A stretch of 64,000 bases of DNA from Lingula anatina (lineage: Eukaryota; Animalia; Brachiopoda). The stretch lies in assembly GCA_051362555.1 (NCBI GenBank), contig CM120643.1:7068001-7132000 (forward strand), written 5' to 3'. Under the pieces are notes generated by a model. It was not told the origin of the DNA. It saw nothing but the letters and a program-made list of their open reading frames with translations, and made no database searches. The position numbers were made by a program, and so were the translations under genes. The stretch's first letter is position 1; every line of letters begins with the position of its first letter. Below, piece by piece: positions 12,971-24,142 of the stretch.

Positions 12971-15850
12971 TTATACTGCTAAAATTATTAACATACCTGA
13001 TCTCTTCACTCGTGCTTGAAGGGGTGTATCACCCAATTCCTCCTCTGAAAGGCTAAAAAAATCATTCCTTATAATCATATTCATTGACAATATTATTAAA
13101 TTTACAAATAAGCTAACGTAGTTACGTGTTGTACAAAGAACACCCTCTATCCCCACTAGTACTCGAGTTACATCGTATATCTCATGGGATTCCCCTGCGA
13201 GAATATGGTGTGAGGTTAGTCTGTAAGTACTGGTAGATGACCACATTGAGCAGAAAAGGGTATTCCTCCTGCTTTACAGACCTATACACCTCAGGGGTAA
13301 AGTGCACTATCTCGCTTCATATAACTATAGTAGTACGTACCCAGTGCGAGTGATTTGGCTGCGAGTGAAACGTTAATTATTAGCAGTTATCTACGCTTTT
13401 TAACTTCCTCTGCCAGACATTTGATTCCCACTGCCATCTTCCCATTTTAAAGTACTTTTGGTAAATATAACTCGCTTACCTGCAAAGATTCGGTGAGCAA
13501 TTCCTCTTCTTCTTCACGTCCACGCTCACCTGTCGGCATTGTTTACATCTCGTATCTGAGTCGAGAAGCCGCGTTATTTCAAACTGTGTCAAGATGGCTG
13601 ACGACCGGGGTTCGAAAGTGGACGGTGAATATGATTCTTTTTTTCGATATTGATTAAGGCCATTTACCTGCCATTTTATGCTTTACCCATAGCAATTGTT
13701 CTCAGATAAGTTAAAAAAGGAGCAATCCATGCACTAAAAAGGCGTTTTTAATCCTATTTTTTGTCCCTTTAATTTTCGTCTGGCATTTTTTTAAAATATA
13801 CTGAACACAAACTCGTCCAATGTATTTTAATGTTGTAAAGTACAAATGAAGTTCCATCCGTAAAATATTGGTGAGAGTTGAAAAGGAAAGGCGGTCACTT
13901 CAGCCTGCCACCCCCCCTACCATGAATGTAATGGGATGGACAGCCTGGAAGGAGACGTCACTGCCTCAGTGCTGAGTGACCAGAAAGTGGAGCGAAGGCG
14001 GCTTAGATATTAAGTATATGAATATAGTAATTTCAGCCATATCAATATAACGTTTTAAGAAACCAATGTTAGGCATTTGGTGATAAGTTAATTGTGGTTT
14101 ATTTTTTAAATGTATTTTGACACCCGTTTGCTTAAGAGCGTTCATGACCATTTCTCAACATTTTCCCCACGTACCATTTATTTCCTCCTTCACTTCATCT
14201 CATCACGTCTCATAACAAAGGAAGATGAAGTTGCACTTCATGTTCAGTATTTTGAACTTCGTCGGTAGAAATAGTAGTGGCAGTGGAAGTTTACCGTGAG
14301 AAATGGCCAAGGAGGGGAAAATGCTGTGAAATGTCTTGTGAAGGTCTGGCTATTGGCATGTTGATATTTAGTGATCGGTTGGTAGTGGTCCACTGGAATT
14401 ATAGAATATGTCATAATTATAGCAACAAACGTCCATTTCTGAAGTAAAGAACATAATTGAAGCATTAAGGGGGTATAGTAATACACTTCCATGTCGAATA
14501 TTGGCAAGATTTCATAATTTAATATTTAATATTTCATTTCATTAAAATGTGTAAGATAAATTGAAGTTGTATTGATTTCTGCGTGACATATTATAAGATC
14601 AACCTTTCAAGACATAGGGGGCGAGCTGATAGCCCGAAATGCTGTTTGGAACGGATTTGGAAAGGCTATGTCCAAATGTCTTTTTTTAAATATAACATCA
14701 CGAATTTGAGGTCTTTTATGAATTAAATGTTACATATTTAAAACGTAATGATATATCAGAATGCATGGTCATCAGTTAGAAAAACTTGCTTTATTGTATT
14801 GAAATATGTTTTATACTATCGTAGTTTCTAGTTTGTCACACGTGACATGTAAAATGGTTCTATTTGTGGTATTCTTCAGCAAGACAGTAAGGGGTGAGTT
14901 TCTAGTTTAGATCGAATGCTAATAAAGTACGCGAAAATACACAAATTTTATGTCTGTTTAAAGCCAAATATTTTTCTTTAATATCCAGCAATTTCAATAA
15001 ATCATAAGGAACACATTATCAAAACCGTTGATAAATGTTACAAGCCCGGTGTCGAATCCTTAATTTTTGTTTTTACCGGCGTGACTATATTCTTCAGCCT
15101 CATTCTCCAAATGGACTGAAATCTAGAATGACGCTCATTGTGCGTCTTTCTTTTATGTTCAGATAAGAAATAGGGCAATAACGGGAATATCGTCTCTTGA
15201 AATTAAAAAATTTGCTGTCTTGTTGAATAAGAGATGTAATTTTACGAACGAAGATTGATTATTTTGTTTCACTAGTGAAGTATGTAGAATTTTCAAATTT
15301 CAATTTATATTTTGGAAAATTTCCTTCTTGAAAAGCTGATTTGGTGCATGTAATTGCCATTCGTGTTTTAGTATTTATCACTGAATGTAGTTCTTACAAA
15401 TATAACATGTTTTATCCGGCAATATAGCTGATATTTTTGCCATTAATCTCTTGAACAAATACAGGTTCAATTTATGTTCAGAAGGTTGCAAATCATTTGT
15501 TACAAGATTTTTCAAATTGAAAATGGATGTAGGAAATATGAGAAATATCGTGATTTGTCCCTTGGATTTTAACCCAGATTTCATAAGTGAAGATGAAGTT
15601 TGTTTTTTAAATAGTTTTTGTAAGGAATTTTTTCAATTTCATATTCCCTATATAAACTAGTGTTTATTATTCTGTCCATATTGTCAACAGCTAGGTAAAC
15701 GCTGTATGTGTTTTTACCTTAGTACTTTTGACACTTTTTTTGCCAGACAACGAAAGTGCGTGTCCGTTTTTTTTTCACAACGATAAGTGTCCGACTGAAA
15801 AAAGCATGCAATTTTTAATCTCATAATTTTCATTGTTATATACAGAAAAA

Positions 15851-15990
15851 CAATGGTGGATCCAGGACATTTTCAAGGGGTCAGATGTTGACATTTAGGA
15901 TGAGATGGAGTATTTTGAGGACTTGATCATGCGAGTCCAGAATGGGTCTCTAGCTCTCCTTGGGGAGGGCGGAGACTAGATCCACCATTG
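15851..15990. mobile_element. 140-bp MITE
   Basis: Perfect 12-bp TIR CAATGGTGGATC...GATCCACCATTG; TSD unclear. Confidence 0.75.
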
Positions 15991-16306
15991 TTTTTTTAAT
16001 GAAGAAGTTGAAATATTTTGTTTTTTTCATTAAGATCAAACATAAGACCATTAATGTGGTAGATAGTTTATTCGTCAAGTCGAATAGATAAGAATGTTAT
16101 ATTTTTTACACCTGTGAGTGAATTTAAATGCAGACATCAATAATATTCTCACAGATACTTGTAGTAATAAATAGACTTAATACAATGATGTTTTATAGAT
16201 ATATGTTTTATTAATAATTGAATACAGTAAAATAAATTTGAATTGCTCTTAATAAAAAAACTTATTGAATATACAAAATGTCTTAGTGTTTTTACTGATG
16301 GCTACA

Positions 16307-16680
16307 TGGCTCAGTGGTAGCCTGGGGTTGGGGTTCGATTCCTGGCTCGGGCACTTTGGAATTACAAAAGGGTGCTATTAGAATTTTCTTTTGGTTACTA
16401 TAAGTAGAAAGTCTACCAGGGGAGGATGGGTGGGAACACTTAGAGAAGTAGGTAACGCGCTTGCCTCTGAGACAGAAGGTCCCCAGTTCGATTCCTGGCG
16501 CTACTAGGTCCCAGCATATTACCTTTTGCAAAAATAAACCTAAATAAACAATTTGAACTACTATAAGAGGATCGTGCGAATGAGAAAAAGCAAGCTGAGA
16601 CATTGGCTCAGTAGGTAAGGCGACAGACTTAAGAAGCAGAAGAAGACTGCCAAGAAGCTGAAAACCAAAGGTTCGAGTCA
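16307..16680 (+). pseudogene. Three degenerate tRNA-like Pol III promoter units (A box + B box)
   Basis: TGGCTCAGTGGTAG (16307) with GGTTCGATTCC (16332); TAGAGAAGTAGGTAA (16441) with AGTTCGATTCC (16485); TGGCTCAGTAGGTAA (~16604) with GGTTCGAGTC (~16670). None folds into a complete cloverleaf. Confidence 0.6.
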
Positions 16681-19600
16681 AACTAAAGAAAAGAATGTCA
16701 GAAATGAGCAACCGGCATTTTTGCACATTTTGAAACTACATCTATTACAACTTTCATGTACGTTTATTAAAAGAAATACAATCAATTGCGCCATACATAA
16801 AAAGTAATTATTTTCATAACGACTTAGCATTTCGAGATGTAAATCAATCTTAAATACAACTATCTACAACTTAATGTGTGGGAGATTTTATGTACTTTAC
16901 AGCCATCGTTCAAAGTTGACATTGAAGTATTGGTCTTATGAGTGTACCAAAATGTAACAGTATTGAAATTCAAAGTGCATACGATCTCATGTAAGCGTTC
17001 TCCCCGCACGCGGGAACGCATTCATGACCCTATAACTAACTCCATGTCGCCATGCTGACGCTCGTACGCAACACCAAACAGCAGTCAAACATTATTCAGT
17101 TCTGTTAATTTGATGGGTGCTATTCTAATAGATAAATGAATATGCACCTTATATTTTGCGTTATTTTTTTCTTCTCTTTTAAATCTTAAAATAGGGTTTT
17201 GGTGGCACAAATTTGAGTGAACACTTAAATTTACGTGTCGTGCGAATCAAGAACAGCATGAAGACATGGTCACTTTACAACCTTATCGGAGTCATAGTCA
17301 TTTTTAAGAACAATATGTAAACAAAATTGAAAAGGTTATGCAAAAACAAGTTAACTTAAAATAACTCAGAAAATGTTAATAAACTCAACAGTCGCTGGTG
17401 TTCAGTGGTCAAGAAACACTCAGCAAAAATAACCCAACAGCACGTGCAGGACTGGCACCTAATCAGGCCTTTTATTCTCAACCACTCCTTGATCCTGACC
17501 GAAATATAGAATTAAGAAAGTATCGCATACAAGATCAACATTATCTTCTACTCTTACCAAAGTGTCTTTTTTCTTATAATTTTTTCATGTTTGATTAGAC
17601 AAAAAAAAAAGGTTTTTTTTAGGCGATAAACTGACCAAGTTTCTTTAATTTCTAGGAAATACCCATTACCCCCAAATCAGAGCTTTGCGATAATTTTAGT
17701 TTCGGATTTTTCAAATTTTCAACTTGTAAAAGATGCGATAAATGCCAGTTCTACATGTACATTTTAATTGACGCAAAAGGAAACACTTTCTACTAATCAG
17801 TTTCTTTTTGCGAGTATTAACGCTTTGTAATGAAGGTATAATGTTAATTTCCCTTCCTTAATAACAAAAACTTATCAATTGCGGAAAAAACTAACCCAAC
17901 CCCTGGTTTGATTTTCTGAAAACGAACATTTCTACCCCCTCCCAGTAATAAAACTATCTATCACTGATCAGACATACTACTAGTATATCAAAAGACTGGG
18001 AACCCAAGGAAGTTTATTCTTACCATGCGTAATAACCGCATATTCATAATTTTAGAAGGACCTGTCTCAATACGTGTGGGCAATTCTGCAATAACTCTTA
18101 AAAGTGTCATAATTAGGATTACAGCGTTTACAGTTTATTGTAAATTTACGTTTCGCTCATTTCATCCAATGAACCCACAATAAAAGATTCCTGAATGCAT
18201 TTTACGCATTTTTCTTTTCTAAATTTAACTTCATTAAAATCAATATTTGTATTCAATTTTATATGAATAATCATGCATTTTTAAGTGCACAACAAAGCGT
18301 CTTATTACATATTTGCCCACACATAAAATTTTACAATCAAACATTGAACCAGTGACTGAGTCGTACTAGCACCGATCTCTGCCTGGACTTTACTTAATGA
18401 TAATTTTACAATTTTTCATTTTCATAGATCACTTGAGCAAGGCACTTTTTTGTTTTAGCATAACCTCAAAGGTGTCGTTTCAGATTCGAAAACTGGCCGG
18501 TATAAACAAAAATTTAAATTACAATAAAAACATCGTGTTCGGATAGAGTGCTGTACTACAACTTATTTACACATGTATAATAATAAACAAGCGACGTGCA
18601 GGGTTGACGCTTGGTTTTAGTCCATTTTATCAGAAGTTTCATGAATAAAACACTCGTTATACGCTGCACTTCATTTCATACACGTTTTGATGCAGAATAT
18701 TACAAACCAAAGCAAATATTACATTTCAAACCAAATCATATGTCAACCCTGCAAGTTGACTATACGACAAACTTCGACACGCAAGACAACGTTGACATGG
18801 GTGCGGGCGCTGGCGAACACGAATCTGATGTCTTTTCTGGGAGTGCGTCCAATTTCATAGTAGACGGTTGTTACGAGGCACTGAAATTAAATGAAAAATG
18901 AAACAAATTAAACTAAATCCATAATAATATCTAAGGAATTGACAAAGTGAAATACATAATATTAATAATAATCTTGATAGGTTTTTTACTTTCTTAGTTA
19001 AACATTATTTTGCGTATTTTGTGGGTAGAGTGATATAAATTCAGGATTTCATTGCTACACGTGCTTATTATCTTCAGAATGATTTTACCAATTACTTTAT
19101 ACCAATACATCCATACTTAAATAAATTCGTACCGAATGCTGGCACTTTAGCTCATCTTTTTTTTTAATCAAATAGTTTATGCAAGCATTTTATTTCAGAT
19201 TATAATATCAAAGACGGTATGTAATCGAAATTGCTTGCAATCAGGAAAAAATGAAGTCAAGGGGGTCGACAATGCCTAGCTAATATACGTTTGCTTTCCT
19301 GGTCGCGGCTATTTCTCTATAAAATAATTTGTTTATTGTCAGTTAGCTTTAATAAATAGGATATATTTGTACAGGTCACTGTCAAAAAAAAGGCACCCAT
19401 TGGGAGCAGAGAATGTTACAGTAGTTACCTGCTTTGTCGTCTTGCTTTGTTTAAGACAGAATAACGCGTTCAGACCTTTGGAATAATCTTCTCACTTCTT
19501 TATGAGTAAATACTTTCCTTCTGGAAAAAGCAATATAAAAAGTTATTAAACTTTCCAAGCTCATTTCAGCATTCATGTCAATGAAATATATCCAAGAGCC

Positions 19601-20178
19601 ATTACGTCTGAAGTGGGAAATGCATACTTTTGGATAAAATATCGTCAACATAAACCGATCAGTGTTGCCTTATATCATCTATACAGTACTTACAACAAAC
19701 TACATCAGTTCTCAGTGCCAAAATTTCAGTCTACGTGTGGAAATTGTGGCAATGTGGCACGTAAAGCTTCTTCCTCTTCCTTCTGACCTTGGTCCTATCT
19801 GAATACCTCTCACCAAAATGCTCACCTGGTTTACATAATAATAGCACTGACTGTGGGATTGTGTTAGAGAAGACACGATGCGGCTTAACGCAATCTAAAC
19901 GTTATCATCAGGTTATTGCACAAACAAACCATTTTGTTTTGTCCATCTATAGACCTTCATCCCAAATGAGTTTTTTTATTATTAAAGCATCCCAATTAAA
20001 ACATACTGTCGCCTATTGCTCTAGCACTGTAAATATTTAACACTAGAGTTGTGGCGACTAAGGTTTGTACATGTATATCTAACATTTTAATTTTTATGCA
20101 GCAGTACATATGAACCCAAATATGCTTCTTAGAAAAAATAAATCACATAAGAATCAGTTTACTGAGTTACGCATCATT

Positions 20179-21152
20179 CGTGAAAGTATTGTTTTCTGAT
20201 TTCATTGTTTGTTCTCTGTTGTCGCGACTCTGTGGTTGCGTGCGACGTTGTATATGTGCGCACGCTTGTTTTTACGTCGCTTATTCTTCTTTGTTACGTT
20301 AAAATGATACATACGTTACCGATACATACGTTACCATGAAGCGTGTAAATATTTATTCTATTTTCATTGGTTTTCTTTCGCTTTGTGGGCCAACACTTTT
20401 GTCTTTTATTTGTGTTTCATTAAAATAGTGTTGGCGCACAAAAGGAGAGACAACCAATGAAAATAGAATAAAAAAATATTTACACGCTTTATGGTAACGT
20501 ATGTATCATTTTAACGTAACAAAGAAGAATGAGCGACGTAATAACATGCGTGCGCACATATACAACGTCGCATAAGATTTCTTGCCTTCAACTATCTGTG
20601 AAAATTGTCCATTTGATTCATACGTTACCGATATGTACAGGGTACGTGAGCAAATATTATAATATGAAGGTGCTGTTTTCTGATTCCATTGACTGTTTTT
20701 CTGTTGTCACGACTTTGTGAGTGGATGTGACTTTGTATATGTGCGCTTTTCGTTTTACGGTCCTCATTCTGATTTTTTACGTTAATATGATACATATATA
20801 TACGTTACAAAATGACGTGAAGGTATTGTTTTCTGATTTCATTGTTTGTTCTCTGTTGTCGCGACTCTGTGGTTGCGTGCGACGTTGTATATGTGCGCAA
20901 GCTTGTTTTTACGTCGCTTATTCTTCTTTGTCACGCTAAAATGATACATACGTTACCGATACATACATTACCATGAAGCGTGTAAATATTTATTCTTTTT
21001 TCATTGGTTTTCTTTCGCTTTGTGGGCCAACACTTATGTCTTTTATTTGTGTTTCATTAATATAGTGTTGGCGCACAAAATGAAAGACAACCAATGAAAA
21101 TAGAATAAAAAATATTTACACGCTTTATGGTAACGTATGTATACAACGTCGC
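20179..21152. repeat. Duplicated foldback element
   Basis: Inverted arms 20241..~20397 and ~20427..20572 around a ~30-nt loop. Direct copy 20816..21152 with the right arm truncated; a diverged unit lies between at 20600..20815. Confidence 0.9.
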
Positions 21153-21410
21153 TGACTTGATATCTGTAAGATTCTGCAGGGAGAAATGGGAGACATGACC
21201 TAGTTTTTTACCTCTCAAAAAGTTTGCAATATACTTTGTCTTTCAGTGGTCCCCGATTCTTTAATATTACCAATGTTATCACTTTGAACCGCATAAAACA
21301 CTTTTGGAAGTAAAAGAATCATATTAGAAACTATCACTACACTTTCTTTTTATCATTTTATTTTTATTCATCTTAGTATTGCCACTGACATATCTACTAG
21401 TGCCTCAATT

Positions 21411-21665
21411 TAGGACTCATTCCCAATGACACTATTGGTCTATGTAAATCGATCCAACTCCACAGGGACTCTTGCTGAATGCAATTGGATTGGCTCGCCT
21501 CCTTTTGTTTATAACATGCTTATTTTCCATTTTCTACTCAAAGCTAGGGGGTGGTGTGCCACTCTCTTAATCTGATTACATTCAGCAAGAGTCCCCCTGA
21601 ATTGATCTACCTAGACAGATAAAGCACTGAATGCACTCTTTATTTTTATTGGGACTGAGTTCTTA
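21411..21665. mobile_element. Foldback MITE, related to the internal hairpin of the MITE at 57595
   Basis: taggactcattcccaat / attgggactgagttctta termini; internal gggactcttgctgaatg / cattcagcaagagtccc inverted pair. Confidence 0.65.
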
Positions 21666-22419
21666 GACCTAAATATTCTTACACAGTCATATAAATAAAA
21701 CAACAACAACAAATAATAATAATAATATTTAATATTTATTTATAATTAAAAGTTGGTTGGTACATTTATAATGTTGAAATGATAATTCTCAGAAAAACAA
21801 AGGTCAAATACATTTTCAAGAAGTGCATTTAAATTAAAAGTTATGAATAAAGTTGATGAAATCATATAATTACCTAAAATAATATGAGTATGATAAATAC
21901 TGACAAAAACTGCATTGTAGACTTTCAATTTAATTTTCATAGACATAAAAACTGTATTCATAAACATTTGCACAGTACTTTTTACTTACATTTTTGCATT
22001 AAAAATTCCCCATGTAAATTTATATGTACTTTCTAATATTTCATAAGGAAATAAAAGCCCGAAATTTACTGCAAAGAGACTGTAGTTTGCTGCTTTTAAA
22101 ATGTTCTCTCTCATCACTGTATATCATGTCCACAGTGTGTTCAGTGACTTCTATATAAGACTACAGACACATATACAACTATGATCTACACTGCACTGAT
22201 GAATAAAATAGTCACATCATATTACCTGGTTGGGGTTATGTATGTAAATGAAATATCTTCAATATGACAGTAAGAGTAAAAGTAACTCTCAAGTGGTGAA
22301 AAACTGGAAAATTTTTATTTACCAAGTATCCTTCATCAGTTTTGTATACATACCTGTTGTAAGCATAAGTTTTACCCCCTACCCAGGTTCTGTATGATAT
22401 TATTTGTCAATGAGCACAT

Positions 22420-22600
22420 TTAGAACAGCAGACAAACAGATCTGCGGATCAAATATGGCGACCCACTAAATGCTAATGCTTATTGCTTAATCCCCATGGG
22501 AAATCTATTTTGTGTCTTATCAGGAATTTTAATTGTAAGTGACAAGCTTTTTAGAAGGTTGCCATATTTGATCAGGAGATCTGTTAGTCCACTGTTCTGA
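22420..22600. mobile_element. ~180-bp foldback MITE-like element
   Basis: agaacagcagacaaacagatctgcggatcaaatatggcgacc is inverted-matched by ggttgccatatttgatcaggagatctgttagtccactgttct. Confidence 0.7.
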
Positions 22601-23244
22601 AGCAGCCAATGAAGCATGAGAGAGAAAATATAACAACATTGAACAGCTATAGGAGTTTGAAATTTTCATAGCATTTAATTTCTCTTTCTCCCCTCGCTTT
22701 ATCTATGCCTCTCTACAACTTCAACCCAGTTTCTCTTAAATAAAATTCTGCACTAATGAGCTAAATAAAATAAATAAACACTATTTGATTACAAACAGCT
22801 CCAGAATTACCAGGTGGGAATTTACTAGGTACCAGTACTTATAACAGGAATTAACAATTTGATGATTTAGTCATCATTCTGACTTGCTTTATCCACTTTT
22901 AGTTTATTAGCACTACATGTACTTTAGGCAATCTAGCTCAATAAATAACTGAACATTTAAGATAAGAAAATATCTTGTCTTTTGATTCAATTTCATTAAA
23001 AAAATTAACAAAAAATTACAAAGTAAGCAACAAAATCAATAATAACTACTCATCTTTTTATAAAGATTACATAGAATGAGATCACAACAGTAGTGTACAT
23101 ACATGTACTAGTATAAAGCTTCAGTATACTTACAGTTACTGCAAAAAGTTATTTTAAAGAAATAATAATAAAATGATTTTCTCCATATTACATTTACAAA
23201 ATTGCTGCAGACATCTTTTATACTTAATTATCCTAGGAAGAGAT

Positions 23245-23379
23245 GAGATGAGCTCTAACATAAGACTAGACAGCAAAGCTGGCAAAATATACAGACACAG
23301 AACACAAAACCATAAGATGAGCACTAACATAAGACTAGACAGCAAAGCTGGCAAAATATACAGACACAGAACACAAAAC
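23245..23379. repeat. 69-bp tandem duplication (2 copies)
   Basis: taacataagactagacagcaaagctggcaaaatatacagacacagaacacaaaac at 23256 and 23325. Confidence 0.95.
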
Positions 23380-23675
23380 ATGTTGCAACAAAGAAGTTTA
23401 ATAGATTTTTTTCTGTGACAGCTAGGACTGAATATATATACAAATATGGGTCAAGGCCTATGGGTTTGCAAATTCACCAGTTTTACCATTAGTTATATAA
23501 TAGCTTGTTTCAATACATATAAAAACTGTACATATTAAGTATCTGTAAAAATAATCAAATCCTGCTAATTTTTAATTCAAGCAGCCTTTTACTAAACAAA
23601 GCCTCTCTGCAAATTTGATTTAAAACAAAAACGTGGTTTGGTATTTAAGGTAAGACAGTCACCAAAATACATGCA

Positions 23676-23689
23676 AAAATAAAATAAAA

Positions 23690-23733
<44 letters not shown>
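23676..23733. repeat. (AAAT)n microsatellite
   Basis: Directly visible. Confidence 0.95.
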
Positions 23734-23931
23734 GTGTTTTTAATTTTTTTACTCTGTCAAAGTGGCCCAAGTGGCCCAAGTGGGCCTGATGTCAGGGAGG
23801 AAAAAGAAATGGTTGGAGCCTGGTTCACAAACCTTGACTGCATTGAGACAAATCATCTCCAACAAAAGATTTCAGAAGGACATTATGTCAGAAACAAGTA
23901 TTTTCCCCAAATAAAGGTAGGGAGATGATAT

Positions 23932-24142
23932 TGTAACGATACCCCCTCTGTTTGGTTTAAGATCCCCTTATTCCTTATGGCCTATACTGCAGCTCACGAC
24001 ACAACAGCACCAGCGAAACCTCAAATCTAATGATGTTAGGTCAAGAAATTGATTTACTGGTACACGCAATGATTGAGGAACCCCCTGGTTCACCTGCTTT
24101 ACAAACTGATTATGCTTTGCAATTGCGTGAAAACTTGAGTAT
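23932..24142 (+). mobile_element. Gypsy/Ty3 LTR retrotransposon remnant (integrase C-terminal part)
   Basis: Starts TGTAAC. Translates as IPLFLMAYTAAHDTT, then after a frameshift LMMLGQEIDLLVHAMIEEPP...TDYALQLRENL, matching LP..LMAYR...H.STG.TP..MMLGRE..LP. Confidence 0.7.

Larger units (their letters stand above)
8593..13768 (+). mobile_element. Degenerate Kolobok-type DNA transposon (~5.2 kb) with TTAA target-site duplication
   Basis: TTAA at 8589..8592 and 13769..13772. Termini AAGGACACAAAAGAGGATT vs (rc) AGGGACAAAAAATAGGATT, 16/19 identical. Plus-strand exon remnants (10003..10132; ERLFLTFECCLQDIF near 10980, like the Kolobok IVFESCL.ELF motif) and a convergent minus-strand first exon MPTGERGREEEEELLTESLQ|gtaagc near 13540..13480. 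Confidence 0.65.

Noticed and set aside
14240-14400. miR-34-like TGGCAGTG seed
   Set aside because: The match stops after the seed and I see no convincing precursor hairpin.
16307-16680. Functional tRNA genes
   Set aside because: Acceptor and anticodon stems do not pair, and box spacing is abnormal in two of three units.
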